A stretch of 64,000 bases of DNA from Naegleria gruberi (Eukaryota). Made by a program: the position numbers and the translations under genes. The stretch is taken from assembly GCA_000004985.1 (NCBI GenBank), contig GG738896.1. One strand, written 5' to 3'. The notes under the pieces are model-generated. The model searched no databases, was not told the DNA's origin, and saw only the letters and a program-made list of their open reading frames with translations. Positions 55,916 through 64,000 of the stretch are shown piece after piece (the stretch's first letter is position 1; every line of letters begins with the position of its first letter).

Positions 55916-58142
55916 ATGTCCAACCCATCAATTGGCAGCAATCACACTGCCCAGAGACGTTTACTTGTACATTTAAATCATTTACTCCCTTCAAGTCAAT
56001 CAGCCGATCTGATTGAATCTAACGTTGTAAGAGGATTGACATCATACAATGATGAAGGTGATCGTTACAGTAGTATTTCCTATAATTATAAACATACGTT
56101 TGATGTTAGGAAAATGACTTCATTCCTCAGTCCTAGCTTTGATAAAAAGGAAATGTATAAATTCCTTGATACACCACTCATGCTTCATAAGAGTATCAAC
56201 ATTACTAAGGAAGAGGCAAGAGAAGTTGCCTTGAAACAAGTTATATTCCTATGTCAATCTGGATATTTCAATGTAACAGATATGAAAAAGAATCCTGAAC
56301 TGTTTCTTCAAAGAATGGAAGCTGGAATTATTGATGCCTCAATGAATGTCAAGTTGGGTGTTCAATTACTTCTCTTTGCTGGTAGTATTATGAACTTGGG
56401 TACCAAGAAACATCATGATTTATACTTGAAAAGAGCAGAAAGATGTGAATTACCTGGTGCATTTGCAATGACAGAAATTGAACATGGAAGTGAGTATTTA
56501 AATTGATATTATTTTGAATATTCTAATGTATTCTAAAGGCAATGTTAGAGAATTGAAAACCACTGCCATATTTGATGAACAAACAAATGAATTCGTCCTC
56601 AATACACCAAACAAGGGAGCTATTAAATGGTGGCTCGGAAATGCTGCTTGTCATGCTACAATGGCAACTGTTTTTGCTCGACTCATTTTGAAAGGAAAGG
56701 ATTATGGTGTTCATGCTTTTCTTTGTCCAATTAGAGATCCAAAAAGTATGGAATTATTGCCAGGTGTCATTGCAGGAGATTGTGGTGATAAGATTGGATT
56801 GCATGGAGTTGATAATGGATTCCTAGAGTTTGAAAATGTCAGAATTCCATACGATAATTTATTGGATAGATTTGGTGGAATTGATTTAGAAAGCAAGTCA
56901 TACAAATCTGAATTTGATAGTGCAGGAAGAAGATTTGCAGCAGTTCTTGGAGAATTAATTACTGGAAGAGTTACCATTGTAAGTGGATCATTGAATTGCA
57001 GAAGAGTTGGATGCATGATTGCCACACGTTATGCAAGTCAGAGAACTCAATTTTCTGCAGGTAAAGAATTCCCAGAACAACCAATTCTCGATTACAAATC
57101 TCACAAAACAAGATTAATGCCAATAATTGCCTCTTCTTACGTTTTTGAGTTTATTAAGAGAAATGTTGTGAAAAAGTATTGTAGATTACATTTGGAAAAG
57201 GTTTCAGATGATGAATTGCAAGAAATTCATGCCCTTTCTGCTGGTGTAAAAGCTGCAATGTCTTGGGATACTCAAACTCATTTGCAAACATTGAGAGAAA
57301 TGTGTGGTGGACATGGTTATTCTGCATATAATCGTTTGGGAACTCTTCGTAATGATCACGATGTTTTGAAAACATTTGAGGGTGACAATACTGTATTAAT
57401 TCAACAATTAGGTGGATATTTATTGAAAGAATTCAGCAAGCAGTTTAGTGGTGAGCTGATATCAGATTCAGTTCAGTATATTAGAAAGCAAGTTGGTGGT
57501 ATGGCTCAAAGAAATCCACTCATTACCAGATTGTCAAGTAAGAAACATTTGAGAAACTCTGATTATCATTTGCAAGCTTTCGAGTATAGAACTGCAAAAT
57601 TATTACAAGAGTGTGCATTGGAAATTAATGTAAACAAGAAGAAACAAGGTATTTTCCGTGCATTCGGTGAATCTCTCCCTAAATTAATTAGATTAGGTAG
57701 AGCCTATGTTGAGCAAGTTGCCTTACACGATTATTTACATGGCATTGAACAAGTTCAAGATCCAGAACTTAAACCTATTTTGAAAATGATGGGAGACTTG
57801 TATGCTTTGGATATTATTTCTAAGAATGTTGGAGACTTTATTGACCTCATCAAGAAGAACAAACTCTCAGCCATTCACGATATGGTTGAATGGTTGTGTG
57901 AAGAATTGAGAGTTCATGCTGTTTCTCTTGTTGACTCATTTGGATTTCCTGATTTTCTATTGGATGCACCAATTGCTAAGAGAGATCATGGTAATTATGT
58001 CCATCACATTCTCAATTATTCTCTTACAAGAAATAAGGGTAATTCAGATTTGATTGGTAAAATGCAAACTGATGTAGTTATGAAGAGAAAGAACGTTGCA
58101 TCTGATGAAGATGTTAATCAAGTGATGGAAATAAATTTGTAA
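55916..58142 (+). CDS. ACOX: Acyl-CoA oxidase (peroxisomal ACOX family). Two exons, join(55916..56489, 56539..58142), with a 49-nt intron.
   Basis: Exon 1 is ORF 55916..56506 and ends '...PGAFAMTEIEHG' at the donor A|GTGAGT at 56490. The TTCTAAAG acceptor at 56538 joins in phase 1 to ORF 56514..58142, giving '[37 protein letters not shown]' (ACOX '[29 protein letters not shown]...IKWW'). The downstream FAD/acyl-CoA dehydrogenase signature is 'GGHGYSAYNRLGTLRNDHDVLKTFEGDNTVLIQQ'. Confidence 0.75.
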
Positions 58143-58233
58143 ATCTTGGCACTGTATTTAAATGGGAGTTTCAAACTTTCGAATGTTTTGTAAAACTCCC
58201 TGATTCTTCTGAACTCTGACAACCTTCAGATCC

Positions 58234-58400
58234 AGTGTGGGCCAACCAACTCTAAAAAATATGATAAAATACAGACCAACAGTATTATTCAATGTCTGTA
58301 TACCTTCAAAACATTAATATACTACCATCGTTTTTTCAATGTCCAAAATAAACTCGTTTTTTTAATGTTTACAAACTTTAGCATTGGTTGGCCCACAGTA
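58234..58400. repeat. About 16-bp GC-rich inverted repeat pair (CAGTGTGGGCCAACCAA ... TTGGTTGGCCCACAGTA) flanking about 135 bp. A MITE-like element or hairpin in the 3' flank of the acyl-CoA oxidase gene.
   Basis: The arms at about 58234-58251 and 58384-58400 are perfect reverse complements over 'TGTGGGCCAACCAA'. The interior is AT-rich and non-coding. Confidence 0.25.
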
Positions 58401-59362
58401 TCTAGAGCACATGTCGCTTCATCTAATAGCAAAATCTTTGTGTTGTGAAACAAACTTTTTTTACTTTTATCTGGTCAACTGCAATTTGCTTTCCTCGCTG
58501 ATAGGAGTTTCACTAACGAATGAAATAAATTAAACACAAAATCAAAATCATAAGAACAAATAGAAATAAGAATAAATTTGAGTAGGGCGAAGGTAGTTTT
58601 GATCTACCGCCTCAAGGCAATGGTCAAGTGTAAATGCATGACAACCTTGCGTTTCTCCCGATTGAAACTATTCACCCTAATATATTAGAGGGAAAATTAA
58701 ACGAACACTGTCAAGAAAAAATAACCACTATTTTTTATTTTGGTTCAACAATAAATATTTCAAATATATTTCTCCAAAAGACAATCGTTGATAAACCAAT
58801 GGATATTACTCTGCGCTCTAAAAAATACGCAACCATTTGGCAAACGGTGAAAAATCGCATAGGTTCAACTTAATTCTCTACAAAATGACGTTGTAATATT
58901 TGCATTTAATTCAGTAATTGTAAAGTATATCGTATTTGAATTGGTGTTAAACTTGTTAATTTTCTATTGCTTAATAGTAGTGAGTTGAATAGTTGTGAAA
59001 CTACCTTTAATTGCGGTGCGCACTTATTCCGACATCATTAAGAGCATTAAGGAATAAGTAAATGGTATTTATTAAAAGGTGGCCGTGCCAATACTCACTC
59101 TTTGTTAGAGGTTGTTAGATTTCAACCATTCAATGGTGTTTTCATCTTCAAGATCAATGTCTTCTTTTTCAAATTCAATAACAACAATATTTTCAAATAG
59201 TTCGGGATGATTTTTAACTTGTTCTCTTGTTGGAGTGTTGATGAACAATGCATCAAACAATTTATGATATGAACACATAATATGATCCAATGAATAAATT
59301 GTTAAATTATTACTCTTCTTTGATATTTGTAACTTTTCTTTGAGTGTGTGGGTTTGGTTCTA

Positions 59363-60981
59363 CTTGGGTTTGGGTTGGTGGGGTTTGGGTGAGTTTTATA
59401 CACTTTCATACAATAGAGTGATATTGAAATGTACCCTTTGATATTTCTGGATGGGTAGCATGATTTAGTGATGATTCCGACAATAAAAATCATATATTGT
59501 TCATATAATTATCAAGATATTGTATAATTTATTAAATATAAAGTGGGTAATATTGAATATTCTTTGTAGGAGCGGAAGCACTTATTCTTGTCAGTTGGAG
59601 TCAGTATTGTATTAAGGTTCATTTTAGGAATCTTAAAAAAATACAATAACAACTCACCTGCATCAACATCATCAAGTATATCATCTATATTGAATATAAA
59701 GCAACAGCAAGAATGTATGGAGTTGATTCAACATGATTATTGGATTGGAGAGATGGCAAAAATATTACTATTATTGTATTTGTCAAGTTGGAAGTACCCT
59801 CAGGATCATCAGCGAGGTTTCCTCTTCATCTCTTCTTGTTAGAGAGGTTTTTCATCCACAAGATGGTCATCTTCTTCATTGAAGAGGTTGCTTTATTATT
59901 AAGCACTGAGAGAAGCGTTTTTAAATTTTATTTTGATGAAATAAATCAAAATTTATTACGCACAACACATCAAGAACAACAACAGCAACATGCTGATACA
60001 CCATCATCATCACTGGGTGAATTGGCCATCATTGTTGTATAATTTCTTGGAATTTATTGGATTAACAGTAAATTTTGGAATTACTCTCCTATTGAAGATG
60101 GAACATCAGCAACATCACCAAGATGATCTTCAATTGGATAGTATTGTTTTCAGAAGTGGTTTCACGCTTTTTGTGGGCTCTTTCAACATACCATCATCAG
60201 AATGGTCATCATCTTGTTGAGGGAAGATGTTCAACCTTGTTTTGGAAAGTAGAATATCTTACCACCACTCTATTCTCCTATTTTGATTGGATTGGTGGAG
60301 GTGCCACCACCTCTTCATACATTGGGTTTGGGTTGGTGGGGTTTGGGTGAGTTTTATACACTTTCATACAATAGAGTGATATTGAAATGTACCCTTTGAT
60401 ATTTCTGGATGGGTAGCATGATTTAGTGATGATTCCGACAATAAAAATCATATATTGTTCATATAATTATCAAGATATTGTATAATTTATTAAATATAAA
60501 GTGGGTAATATTGAATATTCTTTGTAGGAGCGGAAGCACTTATTCTTGTCAGTTGGAGTCAGTATTGTATTAAGGTTCATTTAAGGAATCTTAAAAAAAT
60601 ACAATAACAACTCACCTGCATCAACATCATCAAGTATATCATCTATATTGAATATAAAGCAACAGCAAGAATGTATGGAGTTGATTCAACATGATTATTG
60701 GATTGGAGAGATGGCAAAAATATTACTATTATTGTATTTGTCAAGTTGGAAGTACCCTCAGGATCATCAGCGAGGTTTCCTCTTCATCTCTTCTTGTTAG
60801 AGAGGTTTTTCATCCACAAGATGGTCATCTTCTTCAATTGAAGAGGTTGCTTTATTATTAAGCACTGAGAGAAGCGTTTTTAAATTTTATTTTGATGAAA
60901 TAAATCAAAATTTATTACGCACAACACATCAAGAACAACAACAGCAACATGCTGATACACCATCATCATCACTGGGTGAAT
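59363..60981. repeat. Subtelomeric direct tandem repeat with a 959-bp unit. There are at least 1.7 copies, the second cut off by the assembly gap. Each unit begins with a degenerate telomere-like tract (GGGTTTGGGTTGGTGGGGTTTGGGTGAG).
   Basis: 59365-60323 and 60324-60981 are near-identical, offset exactly 959 bp. An example is '...gagttttatacactttcatacaatagagtgatattgaaatgtaccctttgatatttctggatgggtagcatgatttagtgatgattccgac...' in both copies. Only single-base differences were seen, for example tttaggaatc versus ttaaggaatc. Confidence 0.7.
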
Positions 60982-62796
60982 NNNNNNNNNNNNNNNNNNN
61001 NNNNNNNNNNNNNNNNNNNNNNNNNNNNNNNNNNNNNNNNNNNNNNNNNNNNNNNNNNNNNNNNNNNNNNNNNNNNNNNNNNNNNNNNNNNNNNNNNNNN
61101 NNNNNNNNNNNNNNNNNNNNNNNNNNNNNNNNNNNNNNNNNNNNNNNNNNNNNNNNNNNNNNNNNNNNNNNNNNNNNNNNNNNNNNNNNNNNNNNNNNNN
61201 NNNNNNNNNNNNNNNNNNNNNNNNNNNNNNNNNNNNNNNNNNNNNNNNNNNNNNNNNNNNNNNNNNNNNNNNNNNNNNNNNNNNNNNNNNNNNNNNNNNN
61301 NNNNNNNNNNNNNNNNNNNNNNNNNNNNNNNNNNNNNNNNNNNNNNNNNNNNNNNNNNNNNNNNNNNNNNNNNNNNNNNNNNNNNNNNNNNNNNNNNNNN
61401 NNNNNNNNNNNNNNNNNNNNNNNNNNNNNNNNNNNNNNNNNNNNNNNNNNNNNNNNNNNNNNNNNNNNNNNNNNNNNNNNNNNNNNNNNNNNNNNNNNNN
61501 NNNNNNNNNNNNNNNNNNNNNNNNNNNNNNNNNNNNNNNNNNNNNNNNNNNNNNNNNNNNNNNNNNNNNNNNNNNNNNNNNNNNNNNNNNNNNNNNNNNN
61601 NNNNNNNNNNNNNNNNNNNNNNNNNNNNNNNNNNNNNNNNNNNNNNNNNNNNNNNNNNNNNNNNNNNNNNNNNNNNNNNNNNNNNNNNNNNNNNNNNNNN
61701 NNNNNNNNNNNNNNNNNNNNNNNNNNNNNNNNNNNNNNNNNNNNNNNNNNNNNNNNNNNNNNNNNNNNNNNNNNNNNNNNNNNNNNNNNNNNNNNNNNNN
61801 NNNNNNNNNNNNNNNNNNNNNNNNNNNNNNNNNNNNNNNNNNNNNNNNNNNNNNNNNNNNNNNNNNNNNNNNNNNNNNNNNNNNNNNNNNNNNNNNNNNN
61901 NNNNNNNNNNNNNNNNNNNNNNNNNNNNNNNNNNNNNNNNNNNNNNNNNNNNNNNNNNNNNNNNNNNNNNNNNNNNNNNNNNNNNNNNNNNNNNNNNNNN
62001 NNNNNNNNNNNNNNNNNNNNNNNNNNNNNNNNNNNNNNNNNNNNNNNNNNNNNNNNNNNNNNNNNNNNNNNNNNNNNNNNNNNNNNNNNNNNNNNNNNNN
62101 NNNNNNNNNNNNNNNNNNNNNNNNNNNNNNNNNNNNNNNNNNNNNNNNNNNNNNNNNNNNNNNNNNNNNNNNNNNNNNNNNNNNNNNNNNNNNNNNNNNN
62201 NNNNNNNNNNNNNNNNNNNNNNNNNNNNNNNNNNNNNNNNNNNNNNNNNNNNNNNNNNNNNNNNNNNNNNNNNNNNNNNNNNNNNNNNNNNNNNNNNNNN
62301 NNNNNNNNNNNNNNNNNNNNNNNNNNNNNNNNNNNNNNNNNNNNNNNNNNNNNNNNNNNNNNNNNNNNNNNNNNNNNNNNNNNNNNNNNNNNNNNNNNNN
62401 NNNNNNNNNNNNNNNNNNNNNNNNNNNNNNNNNNNNNNNNNNNNNNNNNNNNNNNNNNNNNNNNNNNNNNNNNNNNNNNNNNNNNNNNNNNNNNNNNNNN
62501 NNNNNNNNNNNNNNNNNNNNNNNNNNNNNNNNNNNNNNNNNNNNNNNNNNNNNNNNNNNNNNNNNNNNNNNNNNNNNNNNNNNNNNNNNNNNNNNNNNNN
62601 NNNNNNNNNNNNNNNNNNNNNNNNNNNNNNNNNNNNNNNNNNNNNNNNNNNNNNNNNNNNNNNNNNNNNNNNNNNNNNNNNNNNNNNNNNNNNNNNNNNN
62701 NNNNNNNNNNNNNNNNNNNNNNNNNNNNNNNNNNNNNNNNNNNNNNNNNNNNNNNNNNNNNNNNNNNNNNNNNNNNNNNNNNNNNNNNNNNNNNNN
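60982..62796. other. Assembly gap of 1815 N.
   Basis: Run of n characters. The flanks suggest it hides further copies of the 959-bp subtelomeric repeat. Confidence 0.95.
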
Positions 62797-63024
62797 TAAA
62801 AGAGGTCAAGGAGAGATTTCAAAACATAAAATAAATTATATTTTCGAGATGTACTATTGATTTCCAATCGATTGATATGTATTTTGTAGATTGAGGATGT
62901 GGTTCTTTATTTGAAGAGTTCCTCCTTAACTTACCAAGTAAACCCTGATATTTCACCCTTTACCTTACTGAATGATGGAATATTCACCAAAATATCTGTA
63001 AACTGAACCATATATATTATTAGA

Positions 63025-63500
63025 GATGTAGAACATGATGGTGATGTTTCATTGAGTGGTCATTTTCCAGAAATTCATCCATGTCCATAGTTGACTAGAT
63101 GGTATGAAAGGGATGAAATCATGAATATGTATGTTAAAATAAACTTTATATTCTATCTCTACTCATCAAATGGAGCATTTTCATGTATATATTGTTGATT
63201 GAAGTGATGTATTTGATAGACTTGATCTGACCTGTCAATCCTTAAAGTCAACCTTATAAAGTCAACCATTATCTTCCTATAGTTCCATTTCTTGTTCTTA
63301 TGATATGAAATTGAATTCTACATCATTATAGATCATGTACATCATGTTGGTAAAGTTTCAATAGTGGTCCTTTTTCAAGATTTCATCCTTTTCATCATAG
63401 TTGACCATATGATGGTTGAGGGAAGAAATCTTTAAATATGAAAGTGAAAATAAATTTGATATTCGATGTTTACTAATCAAATGGAACATTTTCATATCAG
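63025..63500. repeat. Telomere-associated degenerate tandem repeat, about 310-bp period, 2 copies, immediately proximal to the telomere.
   Basis: 63025-63200 and 63335-63500 align with about 70% identity. An example is 'tcattttccagaaattcatccatgtccatagttgactagatggtatgaaagggatgaaatcatgaatatgtatgttaaaataaactttatattctatctctactcatcaaatggagcattttcatg' versus 'tcctttttcaagatttcatccttttcatcatagttgaccatatgatggttgagggaagaaatctttaaatatgaaagtgaaaataaatttgatattcgatgtttactaatcaaatggaacattttcat'. Confidence 0.4.
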
Positions 63501-63548
63501 GATTTAATATGTTTTGATGAGAAACTCAAAAGTTATAGTTGACCTATT

Positions 63549-64000
63549 GGGTTTGGGTTGGGTTTGGGTTTGGGTTGGGTTTGGGTTTGGGTTTGGGTTT
63601 GGGTTTGGGTTTGGGTTTGGGTTTGGGTTTGGGTTTGGGTTTGGGTTTGGGTTTGGGTTTGGGTTTGGGTTTGGGTTTGGGTTTGGGTTTGGGTTTGGGT
63701 TTGGGTTTGGGTTTGGGTTTGGGTTTGGGTTTGGGTTTGGGTTTGGGTTTGGGTTTGGGTTTGGGTTTGGGTTTGGGTTTGGGTTTGGGTTTGGGTTTGG
63801 GTTTGGGTTTGGGTTTGGGTTTGGGTTTGGGTTTGGGTTTGGGTTTGGGTTTGGGTTTGGGTTTGGGTTTGGGTTTGGGTTTGGGTTTGGGTTTGGGTTT
63901 GGGTTTGGGTTTGGGTTTGGGTTTGGGTTTGGGTTTGGGTTTGGGTTTGGGTTTGGGTTTGGGTTTGGGTTTGGGTTTGGGTTTGGGTTTGGGTTTGGGT
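63549..64000 (+). repeat. Telomere: about 75 tandem GGGTTT (TTTGGG) hexamers with occasional GGGTT variants. The G-rich strand is oriented toward the window end.
   Basis: Perfect hexamer periodicity to the last base of the window. The TG-rich strand runs 5'->3' toward the terminus, as expected for a right chromosome end. Confidence 0.85.

Noticed and set aside
59105-59290. 61-aa minus-strand ORF (MDHIMCSYHKLFDALFINTPTREQVKNHPELFENIVVIEFEKEDIDLEDENTIEWLKSNNL) at the edge of the subtelomeric repeats.
   Set aside because: Composition is protein-like and it may be a real small gene, but it starts at a non-ATG in the track and has no recognisable family or supporting context. Confidence is too low to list as a feature.
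59588-60350. Overlapping 75-100-aa ORFs inside the 959-bp subtelomeric unit.
   Set aside because: They sit in different frames, are duplicated with the repeat, and are His-rich low complexity with no domain. More likely chance ORFs in a repeat. A subtelomeric gene family cannot be fully excluded.
59363-60981. CRISPR-like array.
   Set aside because: This is a eukaryotic chromosome end. The repeat unit is 959 bp with no short spacer structure, and there are no cas genes.
60929-62867. Three 616-632-aa ORFs in the track, composed almost entirely of X.
   Set aside because: They are translations across the 1815-nt N gap. Artefacts of the ORF finder, not genes.
1-64000. A ciliate origin, suggested by the TTTGGG/TTGGGG-type telomere.
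   Set aside because: Multi-kilobase ORFs are uninterrupted with TAA/TAG as stops, and Gln is encoded by CAA/CAG. A nuclear code reassigning TAA/TAG is therefore excluded. The intron structure and poly-Asn proteins point to an amoebozoan-like organism instead.

Overview
This is an AT-rich eukaryotic chromosome-arm end that runs into a telomere. Evidence for a eukaryote: the long ORFs are uninterrupted under the standard genetic code, so a ciliate nuclear code is excluded. Short spliceosomal introns of about 40-150 nt recur, with GTAAGT, GTGAGT or GTATGT donors and polypyrimidine-AG acceptors. Many proteins carry Asn/Ser/Gln-rich low-complexity tracts. The last ~450 bp are pure (GGGTTT)n, that is TTTGGG telomeric repeats with the G-strand running 5'->3' toward the window end. 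Next to the telomere lie degenerate ~310-bp repeats. Further in are at least 1.7 copies of a 959-bp tandem repeat that carries telomere-like tracts at the junctions of its repeat units. An 1815-nt run of N at 60982..62796 is an assembly gap.

The overall picture fits a dictyostelid-like amoebozoan or a similar AT-rich protist. This rests on the IP3-receptor-like gene, two RWP-RK-domain genes and the poly-Asn tracts; the species cannot be named from sequence alone.

About 28 protein-coding genes are packed at high density, with convergent 3' ends that overlap or abut.

Genes recognised by motif, in window order:
- an Rnl2-family RNA ligase with a KIHGxN motif
- an NmrA-like NAD(P)-binding protein
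- an F-box plus Rab-like GTPase chimera
- a secreted bacterial-type SH3b plus C39-like cysteine peptidase
- a roughly 2750-aa IP3-receptor-like Ca channel, two exons
- a PAP2 lipid phosphatase, five exons, with an Asn-rich N-terminal extension
- an NMNAT-family nucleotidyltransferase with a roughly 250-aa N-terminal extension
- an NPPW-motif SAM methyltransferase
- an AARSD1/AlaX-like tRNA-editing protein
- a Maf1 RNA polymerase III repressor
- the SEC11 signal peptidase
- a secreted lipase-like alpha/beta hydrolase
- a two-TM receptor-like protein with a divergent class-III nucleotidyl-cyclase domain, preceded by a decayed partial copy of itself (a pseudogene)
- a TPR protein
- a PARP6/8-like ADP-ribosyltransferase whose catalytic domain is joined by two short introns
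- a small secreted Cys-rich peptide
- a peroxisomal-type acyl-CoA oxidase, two exons

Several multi-exon models were rebuilt by hand from the ORF track.

Coordinate caveat: the ORF track uses ATG, GTG and TTG as start codons. In two places (at 22103 and at 33805) the track ORF coordinates and my reading of the printed sequence disagree by 1-2 nt, so splice coordinates I derived by hand may be off by up to +/-2 nt.
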